From positions 249,749 to 313,748 of the forward strand of contig NW_008246085.1 of the NCBI RefSeq assembly GCF_000281045.1: a stretch of 64,000 bases of DNA, written 5' to 3'. The stretch's first letter is position 1, and the number at the start of each line of letters is the position of its first letter. A program made the position numbers and the translations under genes. The notes beneath the pieces were generated by a model. That model was not told the DNA's origin. It saw only the letters and a program-made list of their open reading frames with translations, and did no database searches. Source of the DNA: Saprolegnia diclina VS20. Its lineage: Eukaryota. Below, one piece after another: positions 21,902 to 32,748 of this stretch.

Positions 21902-24900
21902 ATGGCCGACCAGTCGGACAAGTTGCTCGCGATGCGGATCGTCCTCGAGGTCGATGGCATGATGTGCATGAAGAACTGCGGGACGACGGTCCAGAACGCG
22001 CTCCGGAGCGTCGACGGCGTCGAGGCCGCGGTCGTCGACTACAACGAGCACATTGCGGTGGTCACGATGGCACCGAATGGGTCGCCCGACAACCTCGTCG
22101 AGATGCTAGACATGGTGGGCTTTGAAGCTGTGCTCCGCGACGAGACGCCGCTGCCACGCAACGTCATCCGCCTTGGCATCGACGGGATGATGTGCATGAA
22201 GAACTGCGGCACGACGGTCCAGAATGCTCTGTCGGCGACCATTGGCGTCGAGTCGGCGGTCGTCGACTACCCGAAAGCCATGGCCACGATCACGCTGTAT
22301 CCCGATCACATGGACCACGTGACGGTGCAAGATCTCATTGACGAAGTCGAGTGCGTCGGCTTTGACGCGTACCCGTTCAACCACGGCGAGCGCTGCCGGC
22401 GACTTCTCGCGGCCAAGGCCAAGGCCGCCGCTTCACACGCCGTCGAGGACGTCTCCGTACCGATCATTGAAAGCGACTCATCCCACCCGCACGCGATCTT
22501 CTCGATTGAAGGCATGAGCTGCGCGGCGTGCGTCAAGGGCATCGAAGGTGCGCTGCGTCATGAAGCGGGGATCATCGACATTCGCGTCGGGCTCATCTCG
22601 GCCAAGGCCGAGGTCGTCTTTGACCGCAGCATCATCACGGACGAGCGGACGACAATTGGCAGCTTTATCCGCGACGCGGGCTACACGCCGACGTACATCA
22701 ACACGCTGGACGCAGACGACGACTCGATGTCGTTTAAGTACGCTGTCGCTGGCGTCACGGGCGCGTCCGACGCTATCAAGATCGAGTCGTCCATCAAAGC
22801 GCTCGTCGGCGTCGTGAGCGCCACTGTCGATATCGAGCAGCAGGTCGCGACTGTGCATTTGCAGCAGATGGCGGCGACAGGCCCCCGCGACGTTCTCGAC
22901 GCGATCACCAAGTCTGGGTTTGCGGCGACGATCCAGACGCAGTCGTCGGCGCCGAGCGGCGTCTCGGAAGACCAAACGTGGCTGCGACTGCTCTTGATCT
23001 GCCTCGTGTTCTCGGGTCCGGCGATGGTTGTGCACATGGTCCTCGGCAACATCCCGTCGTGCCGCATGTGGCTCATGCAACCGGTCGTGAACGGCCTTAC
23101 GCGCATGTGCCTCATCATGTTTCTGCTGGCGACGCCGGTGCAGTTTGGCATTGGCGCGCGCTTCTACAAGGCCGCGTACAAGGGCTTGCGTCACGGCATG
23201 ATGGGCATGGACTTTCTCATCGTCGTCGGCACGACCGCCTCGTACCTCTACAGCTTTGTGTCGATGGTCGGCTGCACGCTCTTGCCGAATTACCGCGGCC
23301 ACTACTTTTTCGAGTCGTCGACGATGCTCATTTCGTTCATTACCATTGGCAAGTACCTCGAGTCGCGCGCCAAGAAGGACACGGCGACGTCGCTGAGCAC
23401 GCTACTGAGCCTCCAGGCGAAGACGGCCGTGCTCATCACACCCGAGCATGGCGACGTGTCGATCCCGATTGAGCTCGTCCAGCGCGGCGACCGCCTCCGG
23501 CTCTTGCCCGGCGCCCGCGTGCCGACCGACGGTGTCGTGCGCGACGGCCACGGCTTCTGCGACGAGTCGATGCTCACGGGCGAGTCGATGCCGGTCGCAA
23601 AAGCGTCGGGCGACGCGGTCTTTGGCTCGACCATCAACCAAGCCGGCATTTTGGTGATCGAGTCCAACTGCGTTGGCGGTCAAAACACTCTGTCGCAGAT
23701 TTGCGCGCTCATTGAAAACGCGCAGTTGGACAAGGCGCCGATCCAAGCGGTCGCCGACAAGTTTGCGGCTCGCTTTGCACCGACTGTCATGTGCATTGCG
23801 GCAATTACGTTTCTCGGCTGGTACACGAGTCTCTCGATGGACTGGGTCGCTACCGCCGACCGCGACGCGCTGCACTTGGCTGACGGCGACCACAGCGACG
23901 ACCTCTTTGTGTCGATTCTTTTCTGCATTTCGACGGTCGTCATCTCGTGTCCGTGCGCCCTCGGCCTCGCGACGCCGACGGCCGTCTCGGTCGGCACGGG
24001 CGTCGGCTCCAAGTACGGCGTGCTCATCAAGGGCGGGCGCGCGCTCGAGACGGCCCACGCCGTCGATACGATCGTCTTTGACAAGACGGGCACGCTCACC
24101 GAGGGCCGACCGGTCGTGACAGACATCACTGTGCCCAAAGACGCCAACATCTCGGCCACCGACGTCTTGTACTATGCGGCGTGCGTCGAGATGCAGTCGG
24201 AGCATGTGCTCGGGAAGGCCATCGTCGTCGAGGCTACCGAGGCGCACAAGATGGCGCTCAAGGAGCCGTCGGCGTTCCACGTCGTGCCCGGTCGCGGCCT
24301 CCAAGCGCTCGTCCCGTCGCTCCAGTCGCCGCACAAAGCGATTGAAGTCGCGATTGGCAACCCCGAGTGGATGGAAGAACGCAACATTTCGCTGCCGGCG
24401 GTCCTTGAAGCCGACATGCACCGTCTCGAAAACGAAGGCAAGACAGTCGTCTGCGTCGCGCTCGACAGCGTGTTTGCGGGCACGATTGCTATGGCCGACA
24501 TCGCGCGCCCCGAAGCCGCGGCGACCATCCAGCATCTCAAGCGCATGGGCCTCGACATTTGGCTCGTCACGGGCGACAACCTCCGGACAGCGACCGCCGT
24601 CGCCAGCGCGCTCGGTATCAACCACGTCAAGGCAATTGCGCTGCCCGGCCAAAAGGTCGAGCAGATCAAGCGGCTTCAGGCGACGACCAACCCGCTCACA
24701 AACAAGAAGCGCGTCGTGGCCATGGTGGGCGACGGCATCAATGACGCGCCGGCGCTGGCGCAGGCCGATGTCGGGCTTGCGATTGGCGCGGGCACGGAGA
24801 TTGCGCTGGCGCAGGCCGACATGGTGCTCATCAAGTCGCACCTCGCCGACGTCATCACGGCGCTCGACCTCTCGCGCAAAACGTTTTGGCGCATCAAGTT

Positions 24901-25210
24901 TAACCTCTTTGCCTCGGTCATTTACAACCTCGTGTCGATCCCGCTCGCGGCCGGCGTCTTTCTGCGCTTCTTCCACCACCCGCTGCCGCCGGCCTGCGCC
25001 GGCATCATGATGGCCCTCTCGTCCATCTCGGTGATTGTCTCGTCGCTCCACCTCAAGCTGTACAAGCCACCGACATGGAATATGACGTCTGCAAAGGACG
25101 GCCTCCTCAAGCCCATGGGCTTGGCATCGACGACGCACAAGGTCGTGCTCGAGAAGCCACGCCGACGGTCGCCAAGCTACGAGCGCGTGAGCGTCCAAGA
25201 CATGGTCTAA
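21902..25210 (+). CDS. P1B-type copper-transporting ATPase (ATP7/RAN1/CopA-like), intronless, 1102 aa
   Basis: Four HMA domains, TGES, CPCALGLATP, DKTGTLT, SEH, TGDN, GDGINDAPAL, YN and MALSS (Cu+ signature). Confidence 0.96.
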   Translation: MADQSDKLLAMRIVLEVDGMMCMKNCGTTVQNALRSVDGVEAAVVDYNEHIAVVTMAPNGSPDNLVEMLDMVGFEAVLRDETPLPRNVIRLGIDGMMCMKNCGTTVQNALSATIGVESAVVDYPKAMATITLYPDHMDHVTVQDLIDEVECVGFDAYPFNHGERCRRLLAAKAKAAASHAVEDVSVPIIESDSSHPHAIFSIEGMSCAACVKGIEGALRHEAGIIDIRVGLISAKAEVVFDRSIITDERTTIGSFIRDAGYTPTYINTLDADDDSMSFKYAVAGVTGASDAIKIESSIKALVGVVSATVDIEQQVATVHLQQMAATGPRDVLDAITKSGFAATIQTQSSAPSGVSEDQTWLRLLLICLVFSGPAMVVHMVLGNIPSCRMWLMQPVVNGLTRMCLIMFLLATPVQFGIGARFYKAAYKGLRHGMMGMDFLIVVGTTASYLYSFVSMVGCTLLPNYRGHYFFESSTMLISFITIGKYLESRAKKDTATSLSTLLSLQAKTAVLITPEHGDVSIPIELVQRGDRLRLLPGARVPTDGVVRDGHGFCDESMLTGESMPVAKASGDAVFGSTINQAGILVIESNCVGGQNTLSQICALIENAQLDKAPIQAVADKFAARFAPTVMCIAAITFLGWYTSLSMDWVATADRDALHLADGDHSDDLFVSILFCISTVVISCPCALGLATPTAVSVGTGVGSKYGVLIKGGRALETAHAVDTIVFDKTGTLTEGRPVVTDITVPKDANISATDVLYYAACVEMQSEHVLGKAIVVEATEAHKMALKEPSAFHVVPGRGLQALVPSLQSPHKAIEVAIGNPEWMEERNISLPAVLEADMHRLENEGKTVVCVALDSVFAGTIAMADIARPEAAATIQHLKRMGLDIWLVTGDNLRTATAVASALGINHVKAIALPGQKVEQIKRLQATTNPLTNKKRVVAMVGDGINDAPALAQADVGLAIGAGTEIALAQADMVLIKSHLADVITALDLSRKTFWRIKFNLFASVIYNLVSIPLAAGVFLRFFHHPLPPACAGIMMALSSISVIVSSLHLKLYKPPTWNMTSAKDGLLKPMGLASTTHKVVLEKPRRRSPSYERVSVQDMV

Positions 25211-25618
25211 GTTCATATTGCGAAGTAGCCGAGCGTAGGTATTACTATAATTATTAACAGAATGCTTGACAATTCCAATGACCTTGACGGCAACAGCAAC
25301 ACGGCGACCGGGATGGCGCGTGCAGAGCGGCGAAGTCCCTCACGTCGAGCGATGCATGCTGTCTGTCTATCGATGGTATCGATGGGCTCCAAGCAGTCTC
25401 TTTGTGACCAACAAACGCGTGGGCAGGCGGCGACGGACGACCAATGAATGAACGACTGCCGGAGGAAGTGTCGTGGCACGCCTGCAACTGCAGGACTAAG
25501 AACACGAGGGTGATACCAAGGAAGATGGATCTTGTATATTGCGCAGGCAGCTACTCGGACGTCGTGACGCAACCACATACCGCGCGCCGAGGCGCCTGCC
25601 CGCAAGATGCCACAAAGC

Positions 25619-25955
25619 TTAGTTGCCAGCCTTCTTCTCTTCCTTGAGAATCTTGCAGCGCTTCTTCCACCTACGCCCACGTCAGCGAGGCCGTAGTATC
25701 GCAAATACGTACTCGTCGTATTGGCACTTTTCGTACGCGTGCCGCAAGTCCTGGCACTGCCACGGCTTGAAGCCCGTGTCGCGCCGGCACTCGTTGAGCG
25801 GGATGAGGATGCCCGCGCACTGGTCGCGGTAGGCCAGCGGCACGCGGTGGTCATGCATCGCCTGGCGCGTCGCGATGGTAGACGCTACATGGGCCATGAG
25901 CTTCGGCGTCAACTCGGTCGCATGTACCTTCTTCGTCGTGGTGTCCGTGGGCCAT
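25619..25955 (-). CDS. NDUFB7: NADH:ubiquinone oxidoreductase B18 subunit; introns 25885-25927 and 25671-25712
   Basis: Spliced MAHGHHDEEASTIATRQAMHDHRVPLAYRDQCAGILIPLNECRRDTGFKPWQCQDLRHAYEKCQYDEWKKRCKILKEEKKAGN; twin CX9C motif. Confidence 0.93.
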
Positions 25956-26833
25956 CCTGCTCGCCTGCCGTCCAATTGCACTCCAACTTTGAGGCCACAC
26001 AACCGTCGGATTTATATTCTTCGACCGAATCCATACAAATACCAAGTACAAGGACGTCGCGGTGATTTATTCATTTTCAGAGGGAATAAATACCCTCAGA
26101 AGACATAGTGCACATTGCATCACAAGTGGCAGGGTGGACTGCTTGACTGCTCATGCGAGCGCCAAGGTAGCAGCATGCGCTGGGTCTATGCAACTTGGCG
26201 ACCTCTTGCCTCGTTGGCTGCATGCACGTCTGCAAGTGACGGGTCGTAGCTACTAACAGCAGAGAGATCGAGAGATTGGCATCTCTCGGCCAACCCCAGG
26301 GGGCCAACCTCGGACTACCGGGACATCTTGTTCTCGAATCTACGATCTCGCCACGAGAAGAAGTGAGCGCGCACCCAATCCGACCTGGATCAGATCGGCG
26401 CTACACTTCATCCTCTGCGGCGTACGACTAATGGCCGCTGGTTTGCACGACCTATTGGCTGCCTTTTCTGCCAGCACGCGCGCATCGAAGGTCGCCGAGT
26501 GCGTGGACCAAATGATAGCCGTGTGGACGCATCGTAGTACGTGGCAAAGCTGGACGACATACGAGGTACTGGAGAGATCTGTCCGGGGATGCCCTCGGTT
26601 TCGTCAACAGCCGCTTGCAGTCCATGGCAACGTCAGCAGTTTCGGCTCCCCCGGGGCCCATAAAATGACACTAGGCGCGTCACACTTGGGCATCACCCAT
26701 GTTTTGGACCGATTCAGCCAATCGGAAGCAAGGTGATGCCCGGTGTCGAGTGTTCTGGTGGGTCCCCGCACATGGTATCGGGGCACGGTGGGGGGCCCAC
26801 AAGATATCGAGTGGCAGCTTTTGGTTGCAGTTA

Positions 26834-26849
26834 TCCACTTTGCAATTTG
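26834..26849 (+). promoter_or_regulatory. Oomycete Inr-FPR-like core promoter of the GAPDH gene
   Basis: tccactttgcaatttg, about 20 nt before the ATG, fits YCAYTYYNCAWTTT. Confidence 0.65.
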
Positions 26850-26866
26850 CCTTCGCCTAAGAACTC

Positions 26867-28399
26867 ATGGCTTCGCTTTCCGCCGACGCGCTCAGCACGC
26901 TGTGCTTGAACGAGATCTCGACGTGGAACGTCCAGGAGGAGGCGAGTGACCTCATGATCCCGATCATCGGCAACCTCTACCGCCGCAACAACGTGGTCGT
27001 CACGCTCTTTGGCAAGGGCCTCGTGCACCAAAACTCGATCGACATCATCAAGACGCACTCGTTCGTGTGCAAGCACATTGGCAAGGAAATGCACCCCGCG
27101 GATACGCTCCCGGTGCTCCAGGTCGTTGAGGAAATCAACAAGCTCAGCGCCATGCGCCTCGACCTCGGCCGCACGTACCTCCTCGTGTGCGGTGAGACCA
27201 AGTCCAAGAAGCCGACGCGCGACGACATTACGCGCGTGCTCCGGTCGCTCATCCTGCGCCAAGTCTCGCCCAAGAAGCCGCTCACGCTTGAGAAGCCCAC
27301 CGACATTGTGCTCTACGGTTTCGGTCGTATTGGCCGTCTTCTCGCCCGCCTCTTGATTGAGAAGAGCGGGTCTGGCGCCAAGATGATGCTGCGCGGCATC
27401 GTCGTGCGCAAGGGCTCCAAGGAGGACCTCCAGAAGCGCGCGTCGCTCCTCCGCCGCGACTCGGTCCACGGCGCGTTCCACGGCACGATCTCGTTCAACG
27501 AAGACGCCAACGCGTTCATTGCCAACGGCAACGTCATCCAAGTCATCTACTCGGACGGCCCCGACAAGTGCGACTACACCAAGTACGGCATTTCGGACGC
27601 CGTCGTGATCGACAACACGGGCATTTGGCGCGACGAGGCCGGTCTCTCGCGCCACTTGCAGTCGCCGGGTGTCGCCAAGGTCGTGCTCACGGCGCCGCCG
27701 AAAGGCAACGTCAAGACGATCGTCGCCGGCGTCAACGACAGCGAAATCACGGCCGAGAACAAGATCTACAGCTGCGCATCGTGCACGACGAACGCTATTG
27801 CGCCGCTCCTCTTTGCGCTCGACGCCAAGTACGGCATTGACGAAGGCCACATTGAGACGGTCCACTCGTTCACGAACGATCAAAACTTGATCGACAACTA
27901 CCACCCGAAGGAGCGCCGCGGCCGGTCGGCGGTCATGAACATGGTCATCACCGAGACGGGGGCCGGCGCGGCGGTTGAGAAGTGCCTCCCGCACCTCAAG
28001 GGCAAGCTCACGGCCAACTCGATCCGCGTCCCGACGCCGGACGTCAGCCTCGCGATCATGTCGCTGCACGTCAAGCAGGAAGGCCTCACGGCCGAGGCCG
28101 TCAACACGTACTGCGCCAAGCTGAGCCTCAACTCGCCGCTCCAGCACCAAATTGAGTTTATCAACTCGAACGAAGCCGCTTCGTCCGACTTTGTGGGCTA
28201 CCGCGCCGCGGGTATCGTCGACGGCCAGGCCACGATCGTCCGCAACAAGAAGATTGTGCTCTACGTCTGGTACGACAACGAGTTTGGCTACTCGTGCCAG
28301 GTCATGCGCGTCGTCCAGCGCCTCTGCGGCATTTCCCTCACCAAGTTTCCGGACCAGTCGCACGTCGATATCATCGATTCGGCCCTTGACTTTCAGTAA
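26867..28399 (+). CDS. Long, bacterial-type glyceraldehyde-3-phosphate dehydrogenase with an N-terminal extension
   Basis: DIVLYGFGRIGR, DSVHG, catalytic ASCTTN, SIRVPTPDVS, WYDNEFGYS, plus a roughly 140-aa extension (MIPIIGNLYRRNNVV...DIIKTH...LDLGR). Confidence 0.93.
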   Translation: MASLSADALSTLCLNEISTWNVQEEASDLMIPIIGNLYRRNNVVVTLFGKGLVHQNSIDIIKTHSFVCKHIGKEMHPADTLPVLQVVEEINKLSAMRLDLGRTYLLVCGETKSKKPTRDDITRVLRSLILRQVSPKKPLTLEKPTDIVLYGFGRIGRLLARLLIEKSGSGAKMMLRGIVVRKGSKEDLQKRASLLRRDSVHGAFHGTISFNEDANAFIANGNVIQVIYSDGPDKCDYTKYGISDAVVIDNTGIWRDEAGLSRHLQSPGVAKVVLTAPPKGNVKTIVAGVNDSEITAENKIYSCASCTTNAIAPLLFALDAKYGIDEGHIETVHSFTNDQNLIDNYHPKERRGRSAVMNMVITETGAGAAVEKCLPHLKGKLTANSIRVPTPDVSLAIMSLHVKQEGLTAEAVNTYCAKLSLNSPLQHQIEFINSNEAASSDFVGYRAAGIVDGQATIVRNKKIVLYVWYDNEFGYSCQVMRVVQRLCGISLTKFPDQSHVDIIDSALDFQ

Positions 28400-28485
28400 T
28401 TCCTCAACACTTCTTTGTATCTGTTTGTCGTATTCTGTTGCGTCCGCGTGCCACGTCATGAGTACCTGCGACGAGGCGCGCGTGG

Positions 28486-31400
28486 CTATGCTACGGCGTC
28501 CGTGCTCGGGTCCACGGGATTAGGTGGCGGCGGGGGGTGGTCTTGAGGCCACTTGATGCGTACGTCTTCAGCGGTCATGCCGGCGCTCTCCGCATGCTGC
28601 AAACAGATCTGCCACCGGCGGCGCGAGTCGATCTCTTGAGCTGTCATTTCAAGTCGCGCGGTCCAGATCGGCAGCTCGTGCCGGCTGTAGTCCTCTTGGA
28701 GACCCATGGCTTGGCGCTCGACGCCTTCCATGGCGCGTCGCACGCGCAGCTGCAGTGCGCGCTTCTCCTTGAGCGCGATGCGGTTTGCAGCTTGGAGTGC
28801 CGCGTGGTCGGCCGCTCGCTGCGCCGCGGATGGGAATTCGTCCACCATAAACCCTTGCGCGGCGATAAACGACTGGATCGCGAGGCCGGGGCGCTGCCGC
28901 CGAAGCACGAGGTACGCGTCGCCGTCGTACGTCGCCACCGGTTCGTAGATGGTCGCGGTGGACGACAGCACTTGGTGCACGAGCCGGATTTGGTCGAGCG
29001 ACTCGGGCGCCGAGACGAGCCGCGTCGACGGGAGTCCCGCGACAGCTTTTTGCGCGTCGTGGCAACGTTGCGTGCGCTCGAGCGCTTGCTGCGCCGAGAG
29101 GCCATAGAGGCGGCCGAGGAGGAGCGCGGCGACCATGCCGGCGCGGCCCCGTCCTTGGCGGCTAAAGATATACAGATTTTCACCATCTACAATAAGATCT
29201 CGTTTGTGAATGTGCCACGTCATGAGTCCGACCTCGAAGACACGTTTCGAGTTGGTTGAGGATTTCAAGCAACTCGGCCTCGGGCGTGGCCGAGTGCGGC
29301 GGCAGTGGACACCGCAGAATGCGTATCGGCTGCAGTCGGGCTTTGTTGGCCAACGCCGTATTCAAGTTGGCGTCGGCGGCCGACTTTTTCTTGAGTAGCA
29401 AATCCCGGACAAAATCCTCGGTGCTCGGGTCCCTCTCGGCCTGGTCATCGTGTCGGTTGGATAGAAGACATTGGCGTGACTACCTGCTGCAGGCTCTTGG
29501 CAGCACTTGTCGCGTACTTTTGCGCAGCCACCACCGCGCGATCGAGCTCTGCGTTGAGCTTGGCGTGCCGCTCCAGCAGCTGCGTCTCGAAGCCAAACGG
29601 CCCGTCGGGTGTTGCTGCGGGTAGCACTGGCGGGTCGAGTCCCGCTTCGAATGCCCGGAGCTCGTCGAACGCCATCAAGCTCACAAACGTGCCAATCTGC
29701 TCGAGGAGAATGCACGTGAGCGCGTCCGTGCGCGACGCCACGCGCTCGGTCGCCTTGCGCTTCTTGTCCGGGAACGCGACGCCGTGGGGGTACTCGCCAA
29801 TCAAAATACGGTCTACAAAGAGATGATGTCCATTGAAAGACAGACAAGTTGTCCTTAGAACGATACCGCGGACGATCCAGAACGACACGGACGTCGGGCC
29901 TGCGTGGTTGAGCCGAAATTGCTTGTACTTGGCAATGTCTTCGACGCCCAAGCTCCCGTCGCTCTTCATGGACGCATACGCTTTCGGTAACTTGAGAAGC
30001 CGAATGCCAAGCCCAGGGTGCCACGCCGCATCGATGGGTGCCATCGGACTTCTTGCCTGCGAGTGTACGCGTCGTCATACAGGATAGGCAGGAGAAGGAG
30101 TTGATGCACCTTGATTTCGTCACTGCATCTCTTCCACGTGGCAACGCCGTAGCGCCGCAGCCGCCGCAGCGTCTTGGCCCAAATGACGTCCATCATACCG
30201 ACGGCCGCCTGCTTGTTCTGGAAACGCTGCAGCGCCTCGAGAGCGCTCAGCCCACTACATTCGCAGCGTCCTGCGATGCTACAAGACGATGTTCGAACCT
30301 GGAGCGAGATTGCTTGAGCCGCTCTTCGCGGCGGCGCTGCCATTGCCGGCGCACCCAACGCTGGAGCACGATCACCGTGGCGTTCCGACGCGCTTGTCGG
30401 TCTCGCTCCCGGCCCTACGCATCCTTACGTCTTAGCGCGCTGTTGCGCAAGCGCAGCTCGTACTGCAGCAACAAACGAGCGCCACGACGTCCACGCATAC
30501 CCAACGTAGAGATCCACCATGTGTCGGATGACGTTGTCCAAGTACCGTCTCGCAACGTCGGCGGGGCGCTCGAGGCAGCTTGCCGCGCAAAGGACGAGGC
30601 GTGCGCGCGTCGCCGGTGGGTATGGCGCGTCCGTCTCGGTCTCGGTCTCGTCGCCGTCGAGGTTGGTGCCGCTGATGAGCGCGGCAAGGAACCGTTCGTG
30701 GGCTAAGTGCTGCAGCGTCACGCCGCCCGCGTCGGTATCAACAAGCGCGAGGATCTCGTCGAGCACTGCCTCGGTCGGAAAGGCCTTTTGGTCGCGCAGA
30801 CGCCGGAGCCGACCGGCGTACTTTTCCCGGCGCCACAGCTTCCGCGCCGTCTTCTCGGCAAGGACGGCGATGCGGTACGCGTGGTAGAGACTCACATGCG
30901 TCGAAATCGGCACTGGCCAGAACGCCTGGCCATGGAACGTGAGCGACGCGAGGTAGCATTGGTTGGGCAGTGGCACGACGCCGCGCAGCCAGAGCACACG
31001 CACAAACTGCCCGTTGCAAGGACCCATGCGCGGCTGGTCGCGTGTCTGCGTGAGCGCGAGACCAAAGAGAAGCCCGCGCCCGAGGTCGGTATCGCGAAAG
31101 ACCACGTGCTGACCAAACGTGAAGCAATGCGGCTCGAGCTTGGCGATGGCCGGCGGCGGCAACCGCCGGGCGATCTTGGGCAAATCGTCGCGGGTCGGTG
31201 CCACGTACCCGACGTCGCCGACGCGCACGTGCCGAATCGCATGCGTCGACAAGGCAGGAATCTACGTGCAGTCGTGACGCCGCTCTCTTCGCAGCATGTA
31301 TGCACATACCAAGTGGATGGCATCGGTGCAGTTGAAGCATAACGTTTGGTGGCAGTCGTCGCAGTGATACCGCGCGGCGCGCTTGGCGCACTCGTCACAT

Positions 31401-31510
31401 GTCAGCCCTGCGTTGACAGCTGCGTCATCGTCGTCGTCGTCGGGCGCACGCCAGTTGTAGTTCGCCGCGAACGGATCATCGTCGCCTCCTGTCTCGTCGC
31501 CCGACGCCAT
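28486..31510 (-). CDS. B-box zinc finger + IQ motif + PTP/DSP-like (pseudo)phosphatase protein; multi-exon
   Basis: CDECAKRAARYHCDDCHQTLCFNCTDAIH (B-box); VIVLQRWVRRQWQRRR; FWIVR|DRILIGEYP...IGTFVSLM; GENLYIFSRQGRGRAG...LLGRLYGLSAQQAL. Segments join in frame through short GT-AG introns (e.g. 31262-31309, 29813-29866). Confidence 0.65.
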
Positions 31511-31959
31511 CGCAAAAAGCCGATCTCTCGGATATCCGGGCATGCGTTACATGGCTGTGCTAGGACTTGACCATGATAGCCGCGCCTTGCGTAAGCAAGG
31601 AGGGCGGGAGAGGCGACGTGGGACAGTCGCCGCAGTGATGTCGCCGTGGACATCAACAGCAGCTGCGTCATGACAGCGCCACCGTGATGCGTGGACACGA
31701 ATGATTGTCTTTGCAGCCGCGTCCATGCACGTTTCTCCGCACGTGGCCAAGCCGCCGGTCGCCGCCGCCACGAGGGCCAGCTTGCAGCGGCCACCCGATG
31801 CGTGACACAATGATCGTGCGCGACCTCGCGGGTTGCGACACGGATGATGCGGGCATGTGAACTGCGTCAACAACGACCGTGTGCGGTAATACATATACAC
31901 AGAGAAGAATCAAACGCGCTGGTTCGTTGACGTTCATTTTCATTTTCACTTTGGCACCC

Positions 31960-32253
31960 ATGCGCTACCACCACACTCTCCATCGCCTTCCGACGAATTA
32001 CGAAGACAGCGCGCATGGACCGCGCGCGTCGACGAGCCCGCTGAAGCGCTACGATGCTAGACCATCCGAAGCGCATCTCCTCCAGCGGTCGCCGTCCATG
32101 GGCGAGACGGTCATGACCAAGTCGTATGCATTTGTGCTCGAGACGTTCGCTGTCGTGTCGGTCGAGCTGCTCAAGCACATGGCGCTGCGACTCGCACTCG
32201 CCTCCGCCGCGCTCGTGCTCCTCGTGTGTCTCCGCGCCGCGTCCATTCTGTGA
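31960..32253 (+). CDS. Small hypothetical protein (97 aa) with a C-terminal hydrophobic segment
   Basis: ATG follows ttcattttcattttcactt (tandem Inr-like motifs); GC3-rich codons; ends LRLALASAALVLLVCLRAASIL. Confidence 0.5.
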   Translation: MRYHHTLHRLPTNYEDSAHGPRASTSPLKRYDARPSEAHLLQRSPSMGETVMTKSYAFVLETFAVVSVELLKHMALRLALASAALVLLVCLRAASIL

Positions 32254-32419
32254 GCGCAGACGTCCATCTTGGCCGATCGAAGGCTCTCGCGTCCCTTGGA
32301 CTTTGCTTTATTTATCTCAATTTCATGCACTCGGTATCTTGTCTCTCGACTTGGCAGTGAGATTCTCGACTCTGAGATGCTCAGTTGTGAGATTCATAGA
32401 TCTAAGATGCCGTAACATA

Positions 32420-32487
32420 GATCTGAGAGGCTCAGGTCTGAGAGGCACTGATCTGAGAGGCTCAGATCTGAGAGGCACACCTCAGAT
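32420..32487. repeat. 15-bp minisatellite (gatctgagaggctca, four units, degenerate copies back to about 32356)
   Basis: Units start at 32420, 32435, 32450 and 32465. Confidence 0.88.
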
Positions 32488-32685
32488 GTTTCGCCAAGGC
32501 TGAGCGACAGGATATCGAAGGGTGAAGAGGCCGGTCCAGCTCCAGAATAGAGCCATGCATCCAAGCACACCAGCAAGCTGTGGCATAGTACGAGAAGACG
32601 GACAGGCCACAGGATTGCATTTCGATAATTCGGTTATAAAATGTCCCGCTACGTACCACGCCGTCGCCGCCGCAGTGATTGTGAT

Positions 32686-32725
32686 GTGAGTTGTGTGAGT
32701 TGTGTGAGTTGTGTGAGTTGTGTGT
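32686..32725. repeat. 9-bp tandem repeat (gtgagttgt)x4 in the predicted NOT4 3' UTR
   Basis: gtgagttgtgtgagttgtgtgagttgtgtgagttgtgtgt. Confidence 0.9.
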
Positions 32726-32748
32726 ACATGTGTATTCTTCTTGGTCGT

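Noticed and set aside
26100..26760. Short ORFs and small dyads between NDUFB7 and GAPDH as a transposon remnant linked to the HGT
   Set aside because: No terminal repeats, target-site duplication or transposase motif visible.
26867..28399. Bacterial contamination as the source of the GAPDH
   Set aside because: Contiguous, without gaps, with intron-containing eukaryotic genes; it has host-like codon use and an oomycete-type core promoter.
32420..32487. 15-bp array as a CRISPR or telomeric repeat
   Set aside because: No spacers and no TTTAGGG-type unit; kept only as a minisatellite.
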